From positions 4,124-42,609 of the forward strand of contig CAZXZL010000003.1 in the NCBI GenBank assembly GCA_964645415.1: a stretch of 38,486 nucleotides of DNA, written 5' to 3'. This stretch comes from an uncultured Methanosarcinales archaeon (GTDB lineage Archaea; Nanobdellota; Nanobdellia; Woesearchaeales; CAZXZL01). Shown piece after piece: positions 19,101 to 26,099 of the stretch. The notes below the pieces were generated by a model that searched no databases, had not been told where the DNA came from, and saw only the letters and a program-made list of their open reading frames with translations. The translations under genes were made by a program, and so were the position numbers. How positions within the stretch are numbered: the first letter of the stretch is position 1; every line of letters starts with the position of its first letter.

Positions 19101-19275
19101 ACCGGGTATTGGTACTGGTGTTGGAGGTGCTGCAGGAACAGGATTAGGTGGTGGTTTAGGTGGGGGTATAGGATCTTTTCTTTTTTCAAGATCAACAAAT
19201 TTAGTTTATGATTTTATTATTTATCATCATGAAAGAGATCGTCTATATTGGCCAGAATCAGGGGTGGCATCATAA
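13114..19275 (+). CDS. Giant (2,053 aa) highly acidic, D/N/F/Y/S-rich surface protein with an N-terminal hydrophobic anchor, an internal ~330-380-aa duplication and a C-terminal glycine-zipper segment
   Basis: Uninterrupted ORF. The track start 13108 is TTG and the first ATG is 13114. The N-terminus is MVEYTIAHATIALLIIAVVGGVG. Duplicated blocks are visible directly (see findings). The C-terminus is GGFIGGKAGAVAGTGVLPGIGTGVGGAAGTGLGGGLGGGIG. I recognise no catalytic motif. Confidence 0.85.
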   Translation: MVEYTIAHATIALLIIAVVGGVGSTVITDAESDILGIWGEDQEEDVGFEPYEPELTQSENVVVDNVMYFKEGVEIFERISSDIVSNENQVDSITGAGFSSPVSTQDLPSDINGYTIYDLISETKNYYSDIEDPNYKDINNPCTDYLDSGNPSFKLSIDNSDEENSNQDTLNTYFCGAFELDNKDDFPDYIKYEKDDNKLTIPVSHSPFSELFLNYQNILPNEGPRTDAGQWSTGDMSHLFSESPLNEINLVFQVEDYSGDMTHIIVPFDTDPEDFEFFYFEDTELEYSIAPLVFNGGFTIPYFYLPEPCYDGDGEFEDECLGQSSGFLGSFRDYLNQNYNYPSYLFYYDSFPESEEAHWDFDEGTSFFWDIMFSDLSYIYDSISSLFLTEDDENFETDGDIFNHLDESYREGGILYMMGYHGNTSRIVLNYILEITKDNKKDMMEDFLRGDIHNAWNNAPDRIMKNLFLDFFTIEEENELRDNTISIIERSVYSDYVDNVLMLLDIEPKVTGFNNQVSDFLDQSDSKYILEDKLMEEYSESKSNFYLSTLEQMGSSNFFDAFSSIDHKILLLKNYENKNYNKKDFNLNSYLNDLSRTKSDDVIESTLKFSSIPINEDLENFIKEVGLERFHSSLENYFSSGNNWDDFFKSFTGKNFNSFDNFIYQYPYSEISSFSESELASLGIFFIIGTEKYQYKYFRDFLYNNQLEEDLYLASAQSGNNYASFEIDSPLFIDKGGENVPQNFHLISPCLTNIDLTYDKTYYEIGSNVIYFHDGVLRLSDSLESEIKEDLLCEKEFIFDPYFDLEKDDRDDLNNYLFDQYFNDDKNLFFEMIFESDFFDKNSIFEFYDNLYEECLNDLYCHFFLDAYHLDEVAGEILFQFFSGFHNFGDSFQFYPIFGNKTDGVWNFNFESTFDEGHHSYSSAKGDFFITSDNIPAFLFPIALRHRYPQSDNLNDAIDSAFNEFNKLKQIEGECSEIISLVDEYFYYDFYTKIRGKTSVYDYYYSSGSHNFIDSEYPENSFYDYFYVNEYTSSEINDFNEILSEDHIQKWLNDRIGKFKYDSTKENFMCIEYVEEYISNKVDNILELKESSSCNEEVNLNTGESISSRISTSERNNIIMPNEPCFNDLFHLENILSTSYLPFVIDSLYYGKSNIDKNNRYNEFIEELILPTVYIDEIRRNHQSISTSDENYKEKNPELNTYLKPFSFFFQFLYQDVDDNLIVSDLDDKINNLCSVPGSCNYEELDYLNFSELIHENSDNFNTFYSPFRDFLLIPDDFERFNLDFSESDSSDEIYSNLENMFSSKGTMWKDDYFDMISFINQNTDGDSNNLLFDFYEQLYSDCLSNLECSMFLEYYNLDEVVGEILFRYFSDYYRLNEMFISIGSSSYWDNKKLFVTERNIPSFLFPIGLMYRYNTKSLDDALDLAINEFDNEISSDLSCNQIINMVDEYLYVDYFNNRHSSESYYDVFTREGAGIGATGDTLPIHFYQSYSENELFEDLETVDDWFDLLIDDLFNESRPLMFDDFSCLKEVESYVNDTLNKINDKFESSSCNSDLLLSHYESEKIDSDSENLPNNYCLKEIHKLDNFLSSKGLPEMIDKLHKGETLTFNLGQRKSDLKDIMETSLYESMSDNLKGNFLVPFNMFFNFLDNNQDKNSFIDNSCYYPSSDNHNDLFISIISEHIEKECENNFKPESLFDRIYSLNIINENHFDKSYLYDLFSDFDGEICDIPSTGEDFLKEIHQKISDDYNSLHTDFIICDFDYYNFNHDLSKHFQNSFNDYESNFYLDIPYLFFSFLYDEDVLDIDGLKTHDKILSRLFNYDSKSNIRGSDLCEENFLYCFFNEELFGYYYNCSDYSVSDVSQDRSDFVSPSYILSEQLFDPISYDIPLQNVIGRLSSYVDSDDDLDFDQNEFYDIFYKEEQFSTKNNILAESDHMNGFCYGNSFELRKSNVILTQLRSQQIALNVISGAVGFKVGYKFGGFIGGKAGAVAGTGVLPGIGTGVGGAAGTGLGGGLGGGIGSFLFSRSTNLVYDFIIYHHERDRLYWPESGVAS

Positions 19276-19388
19276 TGGATGAAGATACAACAAAAATACC
19301 TTTTGTATTAATAATAGTAATAACTTTAATGCTACTAGGATTTATTTTAATGTCAGTTATAATCACAAATATTTTAACTGCTAACTAA
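19275..19388 (+). CDS. 37-aa single-TM micro-protein (below the ORF-track cutoff)
   Basis: I translated this myself: MDEDTTKIPFVLIIVITLMLLGFILMSVIITNILTAN. Its ATG overlaps the giant gene stop (TAATG at 19273-19277), which suggests translational coupling. Confidence 0.5.
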   Translation: MDEDTTKIPFVLIIVITLMLLGFILMSVIITNILTAN

Positions 19389-19413
19389 GTTTTAAAATAA
19401 AAAGATAAATAAA

Positions 19414-20274
19414 ATGGTTTATGATAATAAAAAGGGAATGCCTGCAGTTTTAGTTTCAATTATTCTAATGACTATTGTTTTTTTAATTTTATTATCTCTT
19501 GCAGGAGAGATTATGACTTTAGTTGTATCTGGAACTGATGATTTACGTTGTACTTGGAGTGCTGTTTTACATTCACATACATCAACTTTTTTTATGGGTG
19601 ATGGATTTGAACTAGATTGTAAAATAGATACTATTTTTATTAGTCTACAAAGAGACAATGATGAAAACCCTACAGATATTACTTTTCGTCAGGATGGTAA
19701 TGACCAGAGTATAGGTGTTCCTCAAAGATATCTCAATGCTGTTGAATCATGGAATCAAAACTCTTATGGAGAAGGTTTTTCATTTAATAATCCAAGCCAT
19801 AGGATTAGATATTTTTATGATACAAAAATTTCTCGTGAAATGATTGATTGTAAACAAAAGTTAGGAGATGGAAATATTGAACTTTTTGGTAATGATCCTA
19901 GTGGAAATACTTGTGTTATTTGTACTCGTTTTGTAATCCCAAATGAAAATGATTTAAATTATTTAAAACATATAACTCAAGGTGAATTAGTGGGTGAATT
20001 TTTAAGATCAAATCCTTATTCTTTTACTGATATTGACCATCAAAAATCATTGTGGGAAAAAATTAGATTTGAAGGACAAAGTGACCTTTTTGATACTATT
20101 GGTTATGATATGGATGAAAATCTTCTTATTGTTTATTCTGTATCAAGTGGTGGCCCTCTTGAGAGTATTCCTGTTATTGGACATTTATTTAGTGAAGATG
20201 ATAATGTAGGTCATAATATTTTTTTAACAACACCTGATGATTTAAGTAATTATTGTGATACTGTTGCAAACTGA
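19414..20274 (+). CDS. Pilin-like N-terminus protein (class III signal peptide-like), orphan globular domain
   Basis: 286 aa. The N-terminus MVYDNKKG-MPAVLVSIILMTIVFLILL has a basic patch, a small residue and about 20 hydrophobic residues. Six Cys are present. Confidence 0.6.
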   Translation: MVYDNKKGMPAVLVSIILMTIVFLILLSLAGEIMTLVVSGTDDLRCTWSAVLHSHTSTFFMGDGFELDCKIDTIFISLQRDNDENPTDITFRQDGNDQSIGVPQRYLNAVESWNQNSYGEGFSFNNPSHRIRYFYDTKISREMIDCKQKLGDGNIELFGNDPSGNTCVICTRFVIPNENDLNYLKHITQGELVGEFLRSNPYSFTDIDHQKSLWEKIRFEGQSDLFDTIGYDMDENLLIVYSVSSGGPLESIPVIGHLFSEDDNVGHNIFLTTPDDLSNYCDTVAN

Positions 20275-20281
20275 GGTTAAA

Positions 20282-20425
20282 ATGTTAAATAAAAAATCAA
20301 TGGAATTTTCGTATCTTGCTGGATTTTTACTAGCATTACTTTTTTTATTTTTATTAATACTTTTTATTGGAAATATGGCTTCTGAAAGTTTTGGAGTTAT
20401 TTCCTTTCTTGAAAGTGTTTTTTAA
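20282..20425 (+). CDS. 47-aa micro-protein with a pilin-like N-terminus (below the ORF-track cutoff)
   Basis: I translated this myself: MLNKKSMEFSYLAGFLLALLFLFLLILFIGNMASESFGVISFLESVF. A GAGG site lies 5 nt upstream of the ATG, and the gene fills the gap between two operon genes. Confidence 0.45.
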   Translation: MLNKKSMEFSYLAGFLLALLFLFLLILFIGNMASESFGVISFLESVF

Positions 20426-20433
20426 GAGGTGAT
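20426..20433 (+). promoter_or_regulatory. Shine-Dalgarno site (GAGGTGAT)
   Basis: It lies 3 nt upstream of ATG 20437. The same GGTGA/GAGGTGA core recurs upstream of ATGs at 9985, 11714, 12165, 27108(-), 29029, 30617, 31890, 32749, 33665 and 37377. Confidence 0.6.
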
Positions 20434-20436
20434 AAT

Positions 20437-20721
20437 ATGGAAGGTAGAGTTTTAGTTGGACTTATAATTGTGCTTTTATTAATTGTAGTTTTAATGCCGA
20501 TTTTTAGTGGAACAATTATTGATTCTTTTCAAGGGATGATGAGTGATAGAGAGGATGCAATAGGTGGTGCTTCAGGAGAAAAATGTGTTAGTAGTGTTAC
20601 TCCAAATAATATTTGTGAAGAGGAATACCAAAGACTTGATTATTATGAACAAGTAACTTATGAAATTGTTGCAGGAGACTATGAAGATTGTGAAGGTCAT
20701 TGTTATAGGCCAGTTTCTTAA
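20437..20721 (+). CDS. Small secreted or anchored protein (N-terminal TM, Cys-containing acidic domain)
   Basis: 94 aa. MEGRVLVGLIIVLLLIVVLMPIF is followed by an acidic domain with 4 Cys. A strong Shine-Dalgarno site precedes it. Confidence 0.6.
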   Translation: MEGRVLVGLIIVLLLIVVLMPIFSGTIIDSFQGMMSDREDAIGGASGEKCVSSVTPNNICEEEYQRLDYYEQVTYEIVAGDYEDCEGHCYRPVS

Positions 20722-20723
20722 GA

Positions 20724-21227
20724 ATGAAAAAAGCAGAAATGACTATGAGGGAATTAGTAGAGTTGATTATTGTAGCGATGGCTATTTTATTTGTATTTTT
20801 ACCAATTACTATGAGTATTTATCAATCTTTTTTTGTATCAGAATATCCTCTTTTAAATAATAGAATTGAAGATTTAAAATATACTCTTGAATCAACTCAC
20901 TCTTTTGATGATGATTTTAATATTAAATTTAGTTTTCCTTCTTATGATGAACTTGAAGGAGCTTTTGATGGTTTATTGAATTTTTTTGAGAATGATAATT
21001 ATTATAATATTTATTTTAAAAGTGATTCTCGTTTGAGTGAAATTTGTTATTCTGTTGATAATAATAGATACTGTAAAGATGTTAATTCTGATATACAATT
21101 TTATAAAAACGGAGAGAGATGTGAAGATTACTGTGTTGAAAATATTTATCGAGATAGTGAGGGAATAAGAAATTTAGAAATTTCATTTAATAGAGACTAT
21201 TTTGAAATTGAAGGGGTGGTATATTGA
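20724..21227 (+). CDS. Pilin-like N-terminus protein
   Basis: 167 aa. The N-terminus is MKKAEMTMRELVELIIVAMAILFVFL. The start lies 3 nt after the upstream stop. Confidence 0.6.
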   Translation: MKKAEMTMRELVELIIVAMAILFVFLPITMSIYQSFFVSEYPLLNNRIEDLKYTLESTHSFDDDFNIKFSFPSYDELEGAFDGLLNFFENDNYYNIYFKSDSRLSEICYSVDNNRYCKDVNSDIQFYKNGERCEDYCVENIYRDSEGIRNLEISFNRDYFEIEGVVY

Positions 21228-22114
21228 ATAAGAAAACTCAAAGTGACTTTTTAATACTTACTAAAGAATTATTTCAAATATTGCTTGTAGCAGGACCTAT
21301 ACTTATTCCTTTATTAAGTTATATTTCTATGATGAGCAGTAGTGAAGATTTTAATGATATATTATTATCTAAAGAAATGAAAATAACTTTGAATTCTATT
21401 GCTGGTATTGATTATCCTTCAGAATCTTATTTAGTTTCAGATGTTGGTTCTAGAATGATTGATATAAGTTCTGATTCTTTTTATATAAGTTCTGATGGTA
21501 GACACGATAAACAAATTAATTCAAAACTTTATCCCACATATTCTACTAGTTTTCAAGATACTAATATGTATACAACTTTTTCTACATTAGTCTCTTTTGA
21601 AAGAGATGATTCAATTGTAGGTTTTAGACGTTTTAGAGATTCATCATTAAAAGTTCATGTTCCGGATATTGAAACTTCAAATTATTTTTGGGATAAGAAA
21701 ACAATTTGTTTTAAAACAGATGATAATAGTTTAAGAAACTATATTGAAAGAGAGATTAGGGAATTGAATTCATATTTTGATATGCCTGGTTGTGATTTAA
21801 GTAACACTTTTGTTTATTCAGATGGTTTTAGGTCTTGTAATGTAACAATTCATTTAGAATCATCTAATAAAGAAAATCATGTATCTTTTCAATATTCTTC
21901 AAGAGAAAAAAATAAACTTTTTGCATTATTATTTAATGAAATGGTTTATGGCTTTGAAATTTATGATTATTCTATGAAATCAGGAGATTATAATTTAATT
22001 AAATTCAATTTTGATGAAAATGATTTGTTATATCGTTATTTACATGATGCTTTTTTAAATTTTTATGGCGAAATTAATTGTGATGAGAGGGAAAGATTAG
22101 ATGAGATTAAATAA
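21224..22114 (+). CDS. Pilin-like N-terminus protein
   Basis: 296 aa. A TTG start overlaps the upstream stop by 4 nt. The N-terminus is (M)NKKTQSDFLILTKELFQILLVAGPILIPLL. Confidence 0.5.
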   Translation: MNKKTQSDFLILTKELFQILLVAGPILIPLLSYISMMSSSEDFNDILLSKEMKITLNSIAGIDYPSESYLVSDVGSRMIDISSDSFYISSDGRHDKQINSKLYPTYSTSFQDTNMYTTFSTLVSFERDDSIVGFRRFRDSSLKVHVPDIETSNYFWDKKTICFKTDDNSLRNYIEREIRELNSYFDMPGCDLSNTFVYSDGFRSCNVTIHLESSNKENHVSFQYSSREKNKLFALLFNEMVYGFEIYDYSMKSGDYNLIKFNFDENDLLYRYLHDAFLNFYGEINCDERERLDEIK

Positions 22115-22577
22115 AAAATCAGAAGTTGGTGATTTAATTTTAAATTTATTTAGAGTCATACCGGTCATAATTATAATGACTTTTGTGTTAAATTTATTTT
22201 ATGGAAGACTTCCAGAAGTTCTTGAAAATTATAATGAGATTGATTTTTATTATTTAGGTAAAAGAATTTTAACAACTGATATAACAACTTCTGATTTTGG
22301 TGTTATTGATATAGATAAGATTACTGAAGAAAATATAAGAAATTTATTTATCACAGATGAGTTTGGTGCATGTTATAATATAACTTATCTTAAGGGAGGG
22401 GGTTATGAAAATGAGTATATGTGTTCTTCAGAGATTCATTCCTCTTTTTATTTACAATTTCAAGAATTTTCTAACCTTCGAGATAGTTATGAATATTCAT
22501 ATTTTGGTGTAGTTGAAACAGATAATTTAAAATCACCTGCTAATATAGATGTTATATTTTTTGATAAAAATGTTTGA
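22101..22577 (+). CDS. Pilin-like N-terminus protein
   Basis: 158 aa. The N-terminus is MRLNKKSEVGDLILNLFRVIPVIIIMTFVL. It overlaps the upstream gene by 14 nt. Confidence 0.55.
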   Translation: MRLNKKSEVGDLILNLFRVIPVIIIMTFVLNLFYGRLPEVLENYNEIDFYYLGKRILTTDITTSDFGVIDIDKITEENIRNLFITDEFGACYNITYLKGGGYENEYMCSSEIHSSFYLQFQEFSNLRDSYEYSYFGVVETDNLKSPANIDVIFFDKNV

Positions 22578-23106
22578 TTTTTTTAATAATAAAAAAGGAT
22601 TACTTGGAGATATCATCCTTATTTCATTACTACTTGTAACTGTAACAACTTTCTATTTTATTTTTTCAAGTGTTATTGAAAGTGATATAATTGAGTCTGA
22701 TCTTCATCTTCATGAAAATAATGCTTATGTGATTCCTTCTGTACTTTTAAGAAGTCAAGTTATGTGCTCAGGAGGAATTACAAATTATATCCAAATGAAG
22801 GAGTTTTGTAATGAAGAAGAAATTGAAGAACACATCGAAGATTTATTTAACTTATTTGATTTATCAGGTTTAGTTTATTTTCAACCCGATTCACAGTATG
22901 AAAGATGGTGTTTTCAAATTGAAAAAAGTCTTGATGTTCTAGCTAGACATTCTTCAGATATTTGTGAGAGAGAACAATATGGTTCTGATCCTAATTTTAT
23001 TTATCGTGATGGTGAATTAGATGTGGATTATGATGGAAGTAGTGATAATATTAGGTATCATTTTTATATTGGTGATGAAAGTTATGGATTTTATTTTATA
23101 TTGTAA
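22570..23106 (+). CDS. Pilin-like N-terminus protein
   Basis: The track ORF starts at 22549. I prefer ATG 22570 (MFDFFNNKKGLLGDIILISLLLVTVTTFYFIF), which overlaps the upstream stop by 8 nt. Confidence 0.55.
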   Translation: MFDFFNNKKGLLGDIILISLLLVTVTTFYFIFSSVIESDIIESDLHLHENNAYVIPSVLLRSQVMCSGGITNYIQMKEFCNEEEIEEHIEDLFNLFDLSGLVYFQPDSQYERWCFQIEKSLDVLARHSSDICEREQYGSDPNFIYRDGELDVDYDGSSDNIRYHFYIGDESYGFYFIL

Positions 23107-23163
23107 TTATTAAAAATAGATTTATTTAATTTGAATTGTTTATTTTAAATTTTAGTGGTTTAA

Positions 23164-25617
23164 ATGGTTTTTAAAAATAAAGTTGGCTTATCTTATAGTA
23201 TCTTACTTTTTGGAGTAAGTGTTTTAGTTTTTATCTCTGCTTTAATGGTGGGACAATCTAATTTAATGGATGCTGTAGATGTATATGCTCCTAACTCATC
23301 AATAGATATATTTAAATTATCATATTTATCTGATTCACTTAACCAATATTATAATGTAAAATCCGAAAATATTCTTAATAAACATTTAGATAACTTTCCG
23401 AAAGGAGAATTTGGATTTTATTTAATTAATAGTAAAAGTAAAGATAGATATTTGTTTAATCTTGAAGAGAGTCTTTATGATATTTATCCTATTAATTTAG
23501 AAGATAGTTCAGTAAATGTACTTATGAGTGAAGATCCTGAAATATATTCTACTTTTTCTGATCTTTCTGTTAGCACTTCAATATTTACTTCAAATTATGT
23601 TAATTACCGTTTATCTGAGAGAACTCTTAAAACAGGAGGTAATAATGTTTGTGATATCTCTTCTGATTTTAATTTTAATGAATTCTCAAATTGTAATCAT
23701 ATTTTTGAATCAGTATATGATATAACATCTGATCCAGAATTATCTCTTTTATTTACTGCTATATCTTATTTAGATACTAATTGTGATAATAGACCTTCTT
23801 TTGATGTTTTAAGATCAATTAGACGTGATGAACCTTCTTATTATATAGAAAATACAGATACTTTAATTGGTCGTATATTAAATCTTTATGAAGATGTTCA
23901 ACAATTAGATTTACAAAAATATGATGAAAGATTTTTATTTCTCTATTTACATCATAGAGGAGGTTATGATGAAATAAAAGAATTCCTTAATCGTGGCTAT
24001 CCTTATCAAGAAGCTATTTCAAGACATTGCTTTTCTTTCTTTTCTAATTATTGGACAGATGTTTTTGAAGATTTAGATGAAAATATTAAATCTTCTTATT
24101 TATATAAACAAGAAGAATATTTTTGTCGTGGTCGTGATATTGGAATGAACTATCCAAATACTGTTCTTCAAGTTTATAATAAAATGTGTGATGATGCGGG
24201 ATTTGAACTTGTTGAAGATGAAATCGAACATAAATTTTCTCCTGCGCAATTACATCGTTTATTTGATCAAAATGTTGATATATTTAGACCAATCATCCCA
24301 TTTTCTTTAGAGTTATATCAAGATGATATTTTAAAAAATTGTTTTTTCTCTCATGAAAATATATCTAACTGTTTAAATAAAAAATTAGAATCAAAAATTA
24401 ATGATAAAAATGAAATGATTGAAGAAGAATTTGATTTAATTGATCAAGGTTCTAATTATGATGACTTTAAAATTTCTCTTTTAGAGAGTAATAAAGTAGA
24501 TAATTTTATGGATTTTGCTTATCAACACTCAAAAATTGAAAGATGTATTACTATTAAAAATAAATTAAATGAAATTGATTATAGTTTAAACTCTGATGGT
24601 TGCTTATGTTTAAATTTAGGTGATGATATTTCGATTTCAGGTGAATATTTAGAATATAATGATTATGATTGGAATCTTCCATTGAGTGATTATGTTGGAC
24701 ATGGAGAGAGTATTTCTATTGAATTTAATAACATAGATGAAGAGTTTTTTCTCTCGACATCTTCTTTAGAAAATAATTGTGATTTCTATACAGACAATTT
24801 AAATCCAAAATTTTATCCCGCCCATTTTTCTGACTCTGAATTAGATTTTTTTGGTGTTTTAGAAATTGATAATGTAAATAGTAGGCAAATTGGATTTGAT
24901 AATTTTGATGCAAATATTTATCAACCAGATTATCCTTCTGAAGAATTTTTTGTAAGTTGGAATGATATTTCTAATGAATTATTTGGCTTGATGGGTTATG
25001 AATTAAGAATTTACTCTTATGATCCTTTAGAAGGAAGAGTTTCAAATACTTCTTCAAATTATTTTTTAAATCAAGATGATTCTTTTGAATTTGAGTATAA
25101 CTTTTCAGTTTCTGAAGAATTAGATAAACCTTTTGTTGATGGAAGTTCTTTTACTGTTAATATTTATACCAAAGATTGGTATGGTAATAAAAGAGAAGTT
25201 TTTTCAGAATATTTTGAATTTGAAGATGACTTACCTTTTGATTTTGCTAACTTATATGATGGTGATTCAATTTGTGATGGTTTAAGTAAAATTGAATCAA
25301 GTGATGAAGGAGAAATTGAGTTAAATTGGGATTTTAATAATTATTTAATGGATGGGACAGATATAACTAAAGACGCTTATGAAAACTATATTAAAAGACA
25401 TTTCAGTCATTATTTAGTTGGTTACAAAGAGTTTAGTGAAGAAGATTATGATGGAGTTAGTATTGATGAGTTTGATACAATAAAAGTGGATGATAGAAAC
25501 CTTTTATTAGATGACCTATCGAACCAAACAGATTATTCTGTATTTGTTCAACAAATTGATGTTTCAGAAAATTCAATTGATTATCTTTGTGATTATTCTG
25601 CATATGAAAGTATTTAA
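23164..25617 (+). CDS. Large (817 aa) surface protein with a pilin-like N-terminus and probable C-terminal beta-sandwich (FN3-like) repeats
   Basis: The N-terminus is MVFKNKVGLSYSILLFGVSVLVFISALMV. The C-terminal ~230 aa show two segments with an FN3-like pattern (..FFVSWNDIS..YELRIYSYD..FTVNIYTKDWYGN.. and ..IELNWDF..YLVGYKE..YSVFVQQIDVSEN). This domain call is pattern-based only. Confidence 0.6.
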   Translation: MVFKNKVGLSYSILLFGVSVLVFISALMVGQSNLMDAVDVYAPNSSIDIFKLSYLSDSLNQYYNVKSENILNKHLDNFPKGEFGFYLINSKSKDRYLFNLEESLYDIYPINLEDSSVNVLMSEDPEIYSTFSDLSVSTSIFTSNYVNYRLSERTLKTGGNNVCDISSDFNFNEFSNCNHIFESVYDITSDPELSLLFTAISYLDTNCDNRPSFDVLRSIRRDEPSYYIENTDTLIGRILNLYEDVQQLDLQKYDERFLFLYLHHRGGYDEIKEFLNRGYPYQEAISRHCFSFFSNYWTDVFEDLDENIKSSYLYKQEEYFCRGRDIGMNYPNTVLQVYNKMCDDAGFELVEDEIEHKFSPAQLHRLFDQNVDIFRPIIPFSLELYQDDILKNCFFSHENISNCLNKKLESKINDKNEMIEEEFDLIDQGSNYDDFKISLLESNKVDNFMDFAYQHSKIERCITIKNKLNEIDYSLNSDGCLCLNLGDDISISGEYLEYNDYDWNLPLSDYVGHGESISIEFNNIDEEFFLSTSSLENNCDFYTDNLNPKFYPAHFSDSELDFFGVLEIDNVNSRQIGFDNFDANIYQPDYPSEEFFVSWNDISNELFGLMGYELRIYSYDPLEGRVSNTSSNYFLNQDDSFEFEYNFSVSEELDKPFVDGSSFTVNIYTKDWYGNKREVFSEYFEFEDDLPFDFANLYDGDSICDGLSKIESSDEGEIELNWDFNNYLMDGTDITKDAYENYIKRHFSHYLVGYKEFSEEDYDGVSIDEFDTIKVDDRNLLLDDLSNQTDYSVFVQQIDVSENSIDYLCDYSAYESI

Positions 25618-25631
25618 TTTTTAATTATTTT

Positions 25632-26099
25632 TTAATTAGAAAAACACTCATCTATATTTAAAGAGTAGCTATATTTTTGACTTTGACATCGATATATTTC
25701 ATTTTCGTATTCAACATATGGAATAATTTCAACTTCCTCTATGTTTCTAATTCTCTCTCTATTAAATGCTACTTCTAACTCTTGTGATTCACCAATTTTT
25801 AGATTTTCATCAACAACTATTGATTGTGTATCACTATAACTATTTATATTTACTAATAATTCATCAAATTTTTTACTTCCATCATTAACCATTTCAAATA
25901 GTAAATGATTATCTTTAGTTATACAAAACTCATTTTCTTCTCTAAATGGAGTTCTAGTGTCTAATGATATTCTATTACATTTTCTAACAACTTCTGAAGA
26001 AATATCGTTTACTCTTTCTTCCCTAAATGCGGGAAATATAAAAAAAACTGCTAATAAAGTTGCAATTGCAATTATTAAAAAAACATCTACTTTACTCAT
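25632..26099 (-). CDS. Small N-terminally anchored protein (unknown function)
   Basis: 155 aa. The N-terminus is MSKVDVFLIIAIATLLAVFFIF. Its start overlaps the stop of the upstream RPA-like gene by 8 nt. Confidence 0.55.
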   Translation of the reverse strand: MSKVDVFLIIAIATLLAVFFIFPAFREERVNDISSEVVRKCNRISLDTRTPFREENEFCITKDNHLLFEMVNDGSKKFDELLVNINSYSDTQSIVVDENLKIGESQELEVAFNRERIRNIEEVEIIPYVEYENEIYRCQSQKYSYSLNIDECFSN

